Shown: in pieces, positions 1-8,451 of the stretch
Numbering within the stretch: position 1 is the stretch's first letter
Layout of the letters: every line of letters begins with the position of its first letter
Virus record (IMG/VR): IMGVR_UViG_3300045988_083449
Coordinates: 1 to 64,000 of that record
DNA: 64,000 nt
From: a virus
Strand: one strand, 5' to 3'
Position numbers and translations under genes: made by a program
Notes under the pieces: model-generated
What the model was told of the DNA's origin: nothing
Databases searched by the model: none
Seen by the model: only the letters and a program-made list of their open reading frames with translations

Positions 1-51
1 CTTGAGAGCTCCGATGAATAGTCGGGAGTTCGAGACTCTCAGCATCCACCA
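1..51 (+). tRNA. 3' portion of a tRNA gene truncated by the window edge (loop CUUGAGA gives anticodon UGA, short extra arm; Ser-like), with encoded CCA. Probable attachment-site core.
   Basis: Anticodon loop CTTGAGA at 1-7 and stem 3' strand GCTCC at 8-12. T-arm GGGAG/TTCGAGA/CTCTC at 24-40. Acceptor 3' strand AGCATCC, discriminator A, CCA at 49-51. Confidence 0.6.
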
Positions 52-172
52 AGGATTCTTGTTGTTGAATAAAATCAACAACTTACAATATGGGTGATAC
101 ACGGGTTAAACAAAAAATCTACCCAAATTCTACCCACAAAAAAGCCTCGTGTAAAACGAGGCTTTTTCTTAC

Positions 173-343
173 CTACTTCATGCGGTGGGTTTTAATCCAT
201 TCCTCAACATCCGTAAGTGAAAACCTTTTCATCCGCTTTCCCCAAACCAACGGTCTAGGGAAGGTGGGGTCTTCTTTTAAAATCCTGCGAAGCGTAGGAG
301 CGGAGCAACCCATCATTCTTCTGACCTCCGTCGAGGAGATCAT
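173..343 (-). CDS. AlpA/excisionase-like helix-turn-helix DNA-binding protein (56 aa, internal ATG of ORF 173..532)
   Basis: MISSTEVRRMMGCSAPTLRRILKEDPTFPRPLVWGKRMKRFSLTDVEEWI fits the AlpA/Xis HTH pattern (S..T..R......FP.P......r.W...dv..W). It is adjacent to the tRNA-derived end. Longer starts would overlap the upstream gene's acidic tail. Confidence 0.6.
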   Translation of the reverse strand: MISSTEVRRMMGCSAPTLRRILKEDPTFPRPLVWGKRMKRFSLTDVEEWIKTHRMK

Positions 344-407
344 CTTGGCAGAACCCCTCGGTGTCAGTCGGTCGATAAAATCCGACACGCATCTTAGGAG
401 TTCTTCC

Positions 408-1139
408 TTATTCCTGATCATCCTTTTCATCATCCTCCTCTTCGGCAACACCTCCGGTGATGCAAAGGTCACCGTACTTAGCAGGTTTCCAGTGAGTGCA
501 TTTGTATCCGACGGTTCCTTTCTCGTCAACACACTTCAGACCAACGAAGGCGTCAATGTATCCTGATTCTTTATCACGCTTCAGAATGAAAGCCTTGTCT
601 TCTGTCTCGTCTTCGATTAGTTGATCAAGGAAGTTTTTGCCTTCCTTGTTCTTACCGAAGGTAATAGAAACATCAAAGCTGTCTTCAATGCCTTCGTCAT
701 CTTCCTCTGTTTCACCACCTGCGTCTTCTTCTTTTTCAAACGCCTTGCCTTTGTTAGCGAAAAGGAAAACATCAAGACGCTGAACGAGCTTATTCCAAAC
801 CTCGGGTTCTGCATCGTTTGCAAAAATGTTAATGATGTCTTTGCTCTCAACACCCAATGCTTCAGCAAGAACTTTGATGTAGGGCATATCACCAACGCCT
901 TCCTTAAACACTTCAAGGATTGTGTTGTAAGACTCAATAGCCTTATACAGTTTCACGACTTCAAAGATAGTCGTTACTACTTCTTGGATACTGCGGTCTT
1001 TAGCATCCTTCTTACTGTTGGCAACGGTATCGGAAACCTTGCGGAACTGATCAAGCATCTGCTTCTGTTTTTCATTCAACTCAGCAACTGTTTTATCGGC
1101 GAGTTCATTGATGTGTTCTTTTCTTTCTGTCTGATTCAT
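408..1139 (-). CDS. hypothetical acidic protein (243 aa)
   Basis: Long ORF co-oriented and tightly packed with the recombination genes. It has an acidic C-terminal tail (EEEDDEKDDQE). No motif recognised. Confidence 0.55.
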   Translation of the reverse strand: MNQTERKEHINELADKTVAELNEKQKQMLDQFRKVSDTVANSKKDAKDRSIQEVVTTIFEVVKLYKAIESYNTILEVFKEGVGDMPYIKVLAEALGVESKDIINIFANDAEPEVWNKLVQRLDVFLFANKGKAFEKEEDAGGETEEDDEGIEDSFDVSITFGKNKEGKNFLDQLIEDETEDKAFILKRDKESGYIDAFVGLKCVDEKGTVGYKCTHWKPAKYGDLCITGGVAEEEDDEKDDQE

Positions 1140-1148
1140 AATGGTTCC

Positions 1149-2291
1149 TTAAATAAATCCATTGTTAAAGGCGATAAAGTTTGGACACGCTAAGGAGTCG
1201 CCTTGTTTCTCCGTGCTGTGTACGTCACACAACCAACGCTTACCTTCACCAGTCGTAATGGCTGATGCGTGTAAACATTGGGCGCAAGTGTTAATTGAAT
1301 TGGTCTTACCTTCCTGACACGCACTGCGTTTAAAGCAGAACTGACAGTAGAAATCTTTCTTAGGCTTTAACGTTCGAGCTTCCAGTGCTTCCTTTGCTCG
1401 TTGCATCAACCCCATTGCCACGTCTTTGTTGTACGGAACAATCTCTGCACTAAAGTCAGAGTTATCCTTGCAGTAACAGACAAACACTGCGTACTGCATA
1501 CCGCTTAGGTACATACACAACTGAACCTGAGCGTAGTAATGCGGGTCGCTTAGTGCTACGCCTTGCAGTACAAAGTTCTCAAAGCGTTTCTTGTTCATGG
1601 ACTTCACTTCGAGAACAGCTTTAAAGCCTTTCTCTCCCGTGATAATCCCATCCAAGTGACATACAACATGACCGCCTAAGGTTGTGTACTCATGCTGCTT
1701 TCCGTCTTCGGCTACTTCGGAGATGTTCAGACCACCAGCTTTTAGTTGAGCCACAACGAAGTCTTCAAGCGCATGTCCGTTCTGAAAGATGCGGGTCTGA
1801 CGAGGTGTCTCTATATCGTTCGGAAAACCTCTCGCACACAAAGAGTTGTATGCGATACAGTCATTGCCGATGTGCGACGCTCCGATATAACGACGAGGTT
1901 TCTCCTTACCCATGTACAGTTTTGCAGTCCCTAAGTCGAATGCCTTCTTTACGACTTCAGCAGCTTCCTTAAACTTTTGATCTAAGGCAGATGCAGAAAC
2001 CTGAGAAGAGATTCGCTGGAGTGCTATTGCTTTCTTCTTTACAGGAGCGGGAACGGTGTCTGTCAACACAATCTTCCCGTCCGTGAACGTGTACATAGGA
2101 GGCAAACCCTCTATAGATTTCACCTCGTCATCTTGGACAGTGATCTGAACACTGGCTTTGATACCGCCTCTAGCCTCAACCGAGAAACGGAAGACGTACA
2201 AGCTCGGGTCACCCGAAGGTATAGCCACTGCCCTGATGATTCGGAATCCCGCATCCTCAAGCAGTTGGGAGTGAGTAGGGATTGAACACAT
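1149..2291 (-). CDS. PD-(D/E)XK nuclease, Cas4/RecB/YqaJ-like exonuclease with a C-terminal cysteine cluster
   Basis: Motifs HLDGII ... LEVKS (D...ExK) and YYAQVQLCMY (QxxxY). The C-terminal region is Cys-rich (CQFCFKRSAC...CAQC...C...C), as in Fe-S/Zn-bearing Cas4-type nucleases. It neighbours the SSB and Sak4 genes. Confidence 0.75.
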   Translation of the reverse strand: MCSIPTHSQLLEDAGFRIIRAVAIPSGDPSLYVFRFSVEARGGIKASVQITVQDDEVKSIEGLPPMYTFTDGKIVLTDTVPAPVKKKAIALQRISSQVSASALDQKFKEAAEVVKKAFDLGTAKLYMGKEKPRRYIGASHIGNDCIAYNSLCARGFPNDIETPRQTRIFQNGHALEDFVVAQLKAGGLNISEVAEDGKQHEYTTLGGHVVCHLDGIITGEKGFKAVLEVKSMNKKRFENFVLQGVALSDPHYYAQVQLCMYLSGMQYAVFVCYCKDNSDFSAEIVPYNKDVAMGLMQRAKEALEARTLKPKKDFYCQFCFKRSACQEGKTNSINTCAQCLHASAITTGEGKRWLCDVHSTEKQGDSLACPNFIAFNNGFI

Positions 2292-2300
2292 ACTTATTCC

Positions 2301-2717
2301 TTAGAACGGGATTGCATCTGATTCATCAACGGGTTCCGTTACAGCTTCTTCCTTAGGAGGACGGAACACGTTTGCAACACGTGTGTATTCACCGTCCTGA
2401 ATGACAGTGATACCCACAGTCAAACCGATCAGGGAATTGACAGAGCCAGGATGCTTCGGTGTCGGGTGACCTGCGTATACAAGCAGGGTGTAGAGTTTGT
2501 CGAGACCAATCTCGACAGCCTGTTTGTTGGCGTTTGCCACAACGATTGTCGTGGAGGTTGTACCTTCAGGTGCTTTGAAAACGATGATCAGGTTTTTGCC
2601 TGTACCAAGTTTGTTATCTTTAACCTCAGCTTTAGTAATCGTTGCGACGTAACGCCCAGGCTTCAGAGGCTCTTGGATGTGAGCGTTGCTGAGGTCGAGA
2701 TTAGAAAAATCAAACAT
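2301..2717 (-). CDS. single-stranded DNA-binding protein-like (DUF669-type)
   Basis: C-terminal acidic tail ...EPVDESDAIPF resembles the SSB D-D-D-I-P-F tip. The N-terminus MFDFSNLDLS...PLKPGRY is typical of the DUF669 proteins found beside Sak4 ATPases. Confidence 0.6.
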   Translation of the reverse strand: MFDFSNLDLSNAHIQEPLKPGRYVATITKAEVKDNKLGTGKNLIIVFKAPEGTTSTTIVVANANKQAVEIGLDKLYTLLVYAGHPTPKHPGSVNSLIGLTVGITVIQDGEYTRVANVFRPPKEEAVTEPVDESDAIPF

Positions 2718-2730
2718 TTAAATTAACTCC

Positions 2731-3060
2731 TTAGTTTTTCTGGGACTGTTTCCAGTGTTCTGTTTTGAAACGGACAAGGCTGCTGATCAGATCGAGATCG
2801 GCTTGAGCTAATCCAACGTTGTCAAAGAACTCTTCCTGCAACTTGAAGTAGTTATCTAAGTCGGAAGTGCCTTTAGCTAAACTGTCTTTCATACGGTTGA
2901 GAAGGACGGTGATCTTTTCAGCACGGTGGACAACGTGCTCAGACATAACAGACAAAGCTGTCGGCCCTTTCACACAGTTGAATACAAGCGTTGAACCTGA
3001 AGGAAGGGAATTAGATTCCATCTCCTTTTGCATTAGGGTTTGAATGTTTGCATCGGACAT
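2731..3060 (-). CDS. hypothetical protein (109 aa)
   Basis: ORF fills the gap between the SSB-like and ATPase genes on the same strand. Confidence 0.5.
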   Translation of the reverse strand: MSDANIQTLMQKEMESNSLPSGSTLVFNCVKGPTALSVMSEHVVHRAEKITVLLNRMKDSLAKGTSDLDNYFKLQEEFFDNVGLAQADLDLISSLVRFKTEHWKQSQKN

Positions 3061-3062
3061 GA

Positions 3063-3827
3063 TTAGTTCTCGATCTTTGAAAGAACATCAACAATGGACG
3101 CAGTGTCTTCAATCGGAAGGACACGTCTTTTCTCGTCACGTACTTTTGCGTGGTACCCACGGATGTCGTCCGTGATGACGTAACGTTTGATAGAGACTTT
3201 TCCGTCTTCTCCTTTAACGGAAACCTTTACACCTGCAAGGACGTTATCGAAGATGCCCATGAGCTGACTGCGCATCTTTGCGCCCTGAACGTTCGGATAA
3301 ACTTCACGAGCTCCATCTTCGTTGTCGGATTCAACAGACAAGGCAGAGAGAACGACGTGATAGGGAAGGTCACGAATGAACTTGCATGAGGCAAGGAACA
3401 ATTGGTTGTAAGTGGCGAACTTCTCAAACCCGTTGACCTTCTTGCCAGTCTTAACGGCTGTAGCTTCGGCCTGAGCAGTTGCGTATTCCATCACCATATC
3501 AGAGAGCTCGGTGATTGAATCCACCATAATCCATTTGTATCCCTGATCTTTGAACTCTTTCGTGAGCATCATCTTCACAATGCCTTTAAAAGAGAACACA
3601 CCTTTATCAGGATCATGAGCTCCATCGAAAGAGGAGAACGGAAGGTAGTCGATTCCAGCTCCACGGATTGAAGACAATCCGCTTTCACCTGAAAGGACGA
3701 ATCCCTTTCCGTACTTCTCTTGGTAATACTTGGCTTGGGTTGTTTTACCCCAACCAGCGTTTGCGTAAACCAATGTCTTTAAATAAGACGTGGTTTCGTC
3801 TGCTGTATTGAACGGCTTAAATGCCAT
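3063..3827 (-). CDS. Sak4-like RecA-fold ATPase (AAA_24 type) for recombination/annealing
   Basis: Walker A in LVYANAGWGKTT and Walker B-like WIMVDSITE. The size (254 aa) and the context with SSB and nuclease match phage Sak4 modules. Confidence 0.75.
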   Translation of the reverse strand: MAFKPFNTADETTSYLKTLVYANAGWGKTTQAKYYQEKYGKGFVLSGESGLSSIRGAGIDYLPFSSFDGAHDPDKGVFSFKGIVKMMLTKEFKDQGYKWIMVDSITELSDMVMEYATAQAEATAVKTGKKVNGFEKFATYNQLFLASCKFIRDLPYHVVLSALSVESDNEDGAREVYPNVQGAKMRSQLMGIFDNVLAGVKVSVKGEDGKVSIKRYVITDDIRGYHAKVRDEKRRVLPIEDTASIVDVLSKIEN

Positions 3828-3840
3828 TAGTTACTTCTCC

Positions 3841-4206
3841 TTATTTAATAATGCGAACAACGACTGCTGCTTCAGGCGTGAAACAGTTATTGAGCACATC
3901 TCTTTCTTCTTCAGATAAAGACTCATAGATAGAGTCAGCGATTGAGAGTTTCCGACTGACAAACTCGGGAAGTGTCTGACCGTAAAGAGCTTCCAGTTCT
4001 TTACTATCCCATTTCCTTGTTTTCTTTTCTTTCACTTTTACAGTGTGGTCAGAGCCGTTGATTTCTAACTCCACATCAGAAACCATTCCGGTCTCAACAA
4101 TGGTATTAAGTAACGTCTCCTTGGCTTGTTTCGCTTCCTTTGCGAAATTCTTTGCTTGATATGACTTGCGAACGAAATCATCTACAAGCGCTTTGAGGTC
4201 TGCCAT
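3841..4206 (-). CDS. hypothetical protein (121 aa)
   Basis: First gene of the leftward operon, directly downstream of the divergent intergenic region 4207-4297. Confidence 0.5.
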   Translation of the reverse strand: MADLKALVDDFVRKSYQAKNFAKEAKQAKETLLNTIVETGMVSDVELEINGSDHTVKVKEKKTRKWDSKELEALYGQTLPEFVSRKLSIADSIYESLSEEERDVLNNCFTPEAAVVVRIIK

Positions 4207-4297
4207 GTTTCAATTCCTTTCCTATTTGAATGAAAACAATGGTAATATAACTGAAAATTTTGAGTAATACAAGTAAATATTTTCTCAAGGAAGTTAA

Positions 4298-6301
4298 ATG
4301 TCAGACGAAATAAAAGACGACGAGTTCTCTGAATACATGAAAGAGGTTCGGGAGTCTGCTGATCTTTATTTAGAACTTGGCTTATCCATCATTCCTATCA
4401 GCCTGACCGAAAAGAAACCTGCTATTTCATGGAAAGAATTTCAGTCAAGGCAACCGACAGAGGAGGAAGTTGACAGTTGGTTTAATGACGGAGTGCCCTG
4501 TGAAGGAGGCACAACTAAAGTCTTCGGACTCGGAATTGTCACGGGTGCGATTAGTAATTTAGTCGTTGTTGACTGTGACAATCAGGAGGCTTTGGAGTAC
4601 GCAGTAAACGACGGAGAAATTTTTAGTAATGTTACGGTAAAGACTACACGTGGAAACCACTTCTACTTCAGACATCCTGGCTTCCCTGTGCCGAACAAGG
4701 TTGGAAGTGTCAGCACAGACTGGCCCAACTTAAACGGCCTTGATCTCAGAGGCGACGGCGGTTACGTTGTCGCTCCTCCGTCTTTGAAGTGGAGCACAGA
4801 AGAGAATCGCTTCGTTCATCAGTACAGGTTTGAAACTTCTGAAGATATTCATGATGCATTTCTTTGGTTACCTACGTACAAAGGAATGCCCATTGTCGGG
4901 GAGGAACCTCAGCAACGACAGATTATGTCTAACGAGGACTTCTCGTTTGAACAACTAAGCCTCGAAGGTTGTAGAACTAGCGACACCGTTTGGGACGAGA
5001 TAAAGGCCAAAACAAAAAAGCTCGGAAGAAAACTCCGAGAAGGAGAAGGTCGAAACATTTGGGTCACTCGTTACGTTGGTTACTGTTTGACGCTGGGTAT
5101 GGATGTTGAGCAGATCAAGGTAGCAGCTCAACAGTTCATGGCTGAGTTCTTTGACTCTCTCCTTCCTGAGAGTGAATACATGGCAACTATTCACAGTGTT
5201 GTTGACCGTGATAAACGTCGTCATCCTGAACGTTACGAAGCGAAGGATAAATACAACAACGCCAACCCTGTACGACAAGCAAGGGCTAAAGCTATCAGCC
5301 TGATCACTCCTAAGAACTTAGCTGAGTTGCACCAGTTGAACGGTGACAGGAACTTCCTGATTGACCCGTTCATATCACCTCAGTCCATCACGCAGGTTGT
5401 TGGTTTCAACGGTCACGGTAAAACACTGTGGCTGATGTCGTTGTTATGGGCGGCTTCTCTTGGCAAATCATTCGGAGCAGGTTCAGTGGACAAAGCTGTC
5501 AACGTTTTGTACTTGGACTACGAACTCTCTGCTACCACGATTGTTGACCGCATTGATCAACTCTCTACAGGCTTGGGAGATATGCCTGAGAGTATGAGTA
5601 TTTGGGCGGCTTCCGTATCTGATATTGATCTTGACCTCAACAGCGGACAAGGAATTACCAACCTTCAGAAGTTACTGGAACAAACCAATCCTCAGATCGT
5701 TGTCATCGACACGGTGCGTTCGGCTTGGCAAGGAATGGAAGAGAACTCACCAGCAGCTTGGGTCAAAGTCAATCAACTTTGCATGGCGATACGTAACACA
5801 GGACGTGCAGTCGTGTTCGTACACCATAGAAACAAACCTAGTGCCAACGGTTTCGGTCGTGAAGCAGGTTCAACCGCACAGCTTAAAGACTTAGACACAC
5901 AGATCATCGTAACAAAGGTAATTAAGGACGACGATCAAGCTCAACGTGAAGCCGGATTGCCGGATGCAATTACCAAAGTTGTGACCAACGACAAAGGTGC
6001 AGTTAATACCGCATGGAATTACTTAGCGTCTAAATGTCCGCTTGGTGCGGAACTCACAGCAGTATTCCAAATCGCATTCGGCAAGGTAAGACAAGTTACT
6101 GAAAACCACGAGACATCGTATGTCGGATTGTGTACCGACATCGGAACGGGGAAGACGATCTATGTCTCGTCTCTGTCTCCCCGTCAACGAGCAGAAGCAT
6201 TGTACCGAGCAGGTAAGTCACCGCTTGATATTGCTATGCGCCTCAAGATTCCACGCAACGTCATCCAACGTTGGGTAGAAAAAACTGAAACGTCAAACTA
6301 A
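4298..6301 (+). CDS. bifunctional primase-polymerase (Prim-Pol) fused to a RepA/DnaB-like AAA_25 helicase, with a C-terminal HTH
   Basis: Prim-Pol motifs: SIIPISLTEKKPAISWKEFQ, VVVDCDN, TTRGNHFYFRH, DLRGDGGYVVAPPS. Walker A GFNGHGKT and Walker B VVVIDTV. The C-terminal region SPLDIAMRLKIPRNVIQRW is HTH-like. Confidence 0.85.
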   Translation: MSDEIKDDEFSEYMKEVRESADLYLELGLSIIPISLTEKKPAISWKEFQSRQPTEEEVDSWFNDGVPCEGGTTKVFGLGIVTGAISNLVVVDCDNQEALEYAVNDGEIFSNVTVKTTRGNHFYFRHPGFPVPNKVGSVSTDWPNLNGLDLRGDGGYVVAPPSLKWSTEENRFVHQYRFETSEDIHDAFLWLPTYKGMPIVGEEPQQRQIMSNEDFSFEQLSLEGCRTSDTVWDEIKAKTKKLGRKLREGEGRNIWVTRYVGYCLTLGMDVEQIKVAAQQFMAEFFDSLLPESEYMATIHSVVDRDKRRHPERYEAKDKYNNANPVRQARAKAISLITPKNLAELHQLNGDRNFLIDPFISPQSITQVVGFNGHGKTLWLMSLLWAASLGKSFGAGSVDKAVNVLYLDYELSATTIVDRIDQLSTGLGDMPESMSIWAASVSDIDLDLNSGQGITNLQKLLEQTNPQIVVIDTVRSAWQGMEENSPAAWVKVNQLCMAIRNTGRAVVFVHHRNKPSANGFGREAGSTAQLKDLDTQIIVTKVIKDDDQAQREAGLPDAITKVVTNDKGAVNTAWNYLASKCPLGAELTAVFQIAFGKVRQVTENHETSYVGLCTDIGTGKTIYVSSLSPRQRAEALYRAGKSPLDIAMRLKIPRNVIQRWVEKTETSN

Positions 6302-6312
6302 AGGAGAAAGTA

Positions 6313-6624
6313 ATGGACGAACAACAGAAAAGAATCTCTTGGAAACTCAGACCTGAAACAGAAGATATGTTGATGACTGTGTTCTCAACAGAAGCGGGAA
6401 GAGATGACGCAGTGCTGTTGGCATTGCGTGACTTGGAGGATTACTACAACGCAGGAGTACGTAACGAGACCTTGCCTGAGATTATGAAACAGCTTTACGA
6501 CTATGAGATGAAATGGGTGGAAGTGATTTGTCATCCCACCATGAATCGTTTTACTCATGCCATTACCTTTTGGTTGCACCTTGATGACGACTTTGAGTAC
6601 ATCAAAGACGAGGAGGTGCATTGA
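6313..6624 (+). CDS. hypothetical protein (103 aa)
   Basis: AGGAGA RBS upstream. The stop overlaps the next start (TGATG). Confidence 0.5.
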   Translation: MDEQQKRISWKLRPETEDMLMTVFSTEAGRDDAVLLALRDLEDYYNAGVRNETLPEIMKQLYDYEMKWVEVICHPTMNRFTHAITFWLHLDDDFEYIKDEEVH

Positions 6625-6845
6625 TGAAGGATGCGTTAGCCATCATAAAGGACACCATCCTCTGCGTGGTTTGTTTTCCTATGCTCCCGCTTGTATGCGT
6701 AATCCTTAAAGGAGTACAAGTGGACAACGAAAACAACACGATCAACATCGACACAAACACCACACTTACTCTAGTCATTTATGGACTGGCTTATTGGCTC
6801 TCTCTGATGGGCGGAATATTCCTTATTTTGTCGGTGTTGTTATGA
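6624..6845 (+). CDS. small membrane protein (73 aa from ATG 6624)
   Basis: AGGAGG at 6611-6616, 7 nt before ATG 6624 (the track's 6621 start is a TTG). Two hydrophobic segments. ATGA overlap with the next gene. Confidence 0.45.
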   Translation: MKDALAIIKDTILCVVCFPMLPLVCVILKGVQVDNENNTINIDTNTTLTLVIYGLAYWLSLMGGIFLILSVLL

Positions 6846-7159
6846 GCGAATATGATCGTAAGGTTGCTCAGGCAACAGAGGAGTTGGCTAAGGAACTCCA
6901 GTACAAACGTGCATCAGGTGTTGCTTGGTCTCAGTTAGAGATTGAATACGATCTGTCTCGCAAGACAATCTTGAGAATCTTTAAACGATTTGATATGCAG
7001 GATATGGTTCTGCCTCCTGAAGAGATGTGGGATAGGCCGTGTCTGAAATGTCGCAAACCTATCCTCCGTCCTAAAGGTCAGTGGCTTTGCATGAAGTGCA
7101 AGTATTCAAACGTTGAAACTGCGTCCGGATTATCTAGCTCTTTCTTAGGATTAGTATGA
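6842..7159 (+). CDS. HTH plus zinc-ribbon protein (105 aa from ATG 6842)
   Basis: ATGA coupling at 6842-6845. HTH-like WSQLEIEYDLSRKTILRIFKR and CLKC...CMKC (CxxC x2). Confidence 0.5.
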   Translation: MSEYDRKVAQATEELAKELQYKRASGVAWSQLEIEYDLSRKTILRIFKRFDMQDMVLPPEEMWDRPCLKCRKPILRPKGQWLCMKCKYSNVETASGLSSSFLGLV

Positions 7160-7524
7160 CACCACGATCTGCAAAACAAAAAGGCTCTATGTATGAAAGA
7201 GAGTTGGCAGCTTACTTCAACGCCTGTCTTTTGCTTGACCCGCCTGTTAAGAGAGCGTTGCTAAGTGGAGGAGGGGTTGCTACAGGCGGAGCAGACTTGG
7301 TAAACACTCCGTTCATACACGTGGAAGCTAAACGTACAGAAAGATTCCAGCCTTACAAGGCGATGGAACAGGCTGAGGAAGCAATCAAGAAGTCTAACGA
7401 AGAGGACATCATGCCTGTCGTCATCAACCGTAAGAACGGCGTAAAGATTCAGGACAGCTTAGTTGTCATGCGTCTTGAAGACTGGATAAATCTGTACTTC
7501 ACGTACACGATGTGTCGCAATTAA
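7156..7524 (+). CDS. Holliday-junction-resolvase-like PD-(D/E)XK nuclease
   Basis: KGSMYERELAAYF ... GGADLV ... HVEAKR gives an E...D...ExK arrangement in a 122-aa protein at the end of the replication operon. Confidence 0.55.
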   Translation: MTPRSAKQKGSMYERELAAYFNACLLLDPPVKRALLSGGGVATGGADLVNTPFIHVEAKRTERFQPYKAMEQAEEAIKKSNEEDIMPVVINRKNGVKIQDSLVVMRLEDWINLYFTYTMCRN

Positions 7525-7531
7525 CGCAAAA

Positions 7532-7561
7532 CGTCACCATATCCTTGCGGGTATGGTGACG
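7532..7561. terminator. bidirectional hairpin between convergent operons
   Basis: CGTCACCATA / TATGGTGACG 10-bp perfect stem with a 10-nt loop, between the + stop at 7524 and the - stop at 7578. Confidence 0.6.
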
Positions 7562-7577
7562 CTAACGACATATCAGA

Positions 7578-7949
7578 TCAGATAGGCGTCCTAAGATCAG
7601 ACTTAAGTCTCCTATATACATCCCTGTCAAGGTCATTCTTACGTTCTTCCAAACGCTGTCGAGCTTGTTTCTTAGTTTTGTAAAACTCATAGAAGCATAT
7701 AGCATCAATGCGATCAGTCACGTTTTCGATACCCGTTCGGAACGTATCTAAGTCGGAATCATCCTGAGCATAAGAGATTAGCTTGTAGTTGTTGGCAAGG
7801 TCATAGCATCTTATGCCGTCCTTATTTGTCGTGAACGTTATACCGTACACCTCCGCAGGACTTTTCCTGTCGTAGTATTCGTCGTCTATCAAGCAAAGGG
7901 AAGGTGTTTGTTTTTCACGGACATACTTTAAAAGTTTAGTTCTTCTCAT
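7578..7949 (-). CDS. hypothetical protein (123 aa from internal ATG)
   Basis: The start at 7949 overlaps the upstream stop by 14 nt. Visibly AT-rich. No motif recognised. Confidence 0.45.
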   Translation of the reverse strand: MRRTKLLKYVREKQTPSLCLIDDEYYDRKSPAEVYGITFTTNKDGIRCYDLANNYKLISYAQDDSDLDTFRTGIENVTDRIDAICFYEFYKTKKQARQRLEERKNDLDRDVYRRLKSDLRTPI

Positions 7950-8442
7950 CTCTCGACTCCCAAATGAAATTGTCAAACAAGTCCATGTATCCATCACACC
8001 TCTCTAGTTTTTTATTTATTCGCTCTTCTAAGTCTTTACGTCCTTTATAAGAAAGTTTTAGGTTACACAGGTGCTCGTATGCGTCATCAAAAACGTCCCT
8101 TAAGAAAGATACATCCTTATAAGATAAAGTGATCTCTCTCTTAGGATAGAAAGCAACACGACAAACCTTGCCAAACTTACCAGTGATGTCGTCATAGTCT
8201 TCGATTGAATCTTCACAGTCGTATGTGAAGTCAGCGTCATACTTTTTAAGTAAGTCAGCATATTCCCTATACTTTTCGTCGTCGATTAGAGATTTATTTA
8301 GAAGGAGATTGGAAAGTTCGCTGTCAATCTTGTAAAACTTATATCCTTCAGAGGCTGCTAAATAATCCATGTTGAGTTTGACATAGGTTTCAAAGTTTTC
8401 GTACTGGTGATGTGGATTAAATTCTTCTGTGAAGTTGTCCAT
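7936..8442 (-). CDS. hypothetical protein (168 aa)
   Basis: ORF immediately downstream of the recombinase gene on the same strand. D/E/Y/K-rich and AT-rich. Confidence 0.5.
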   Translation of the reverse strand: MDNFTEEFNPHHQYENFETYVKLNMDYLAASEGYKFYKIDSELSNLLLNKSLIDDEKYREYADLLKKYDADFTYDCEDSIEDYDDITGKFGKVCRVAFYPKREITLSYKDVSFLRDVFDDAYEHLCNLKLSYKGRKDLEERINKKLERCDGYMDLFDNFIWESRDEKN

Positions 8443-8451
8443 GATTGTTCC

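Noticed and set aside
90-1193. Plus-strand ORFs 90..566 and 621..1193
   Set aside because: They are antisense to the AlpA-like and acidic-protein genes of the leftward operon. Their composition is hydrophobic and low-complexity, typical of shadows of acidic genes.
4207-4297. Sigma-70 promoter assignment in the divergent gap (TTGAAT ... TAATAT/TATAAC)
   Set aside because: Spacer lengths between the candidate -35 and -10 hexamers are 11-14 nt, outside the usual 16-18 nt. Divergent promoters are probably present, but I cannot place them.
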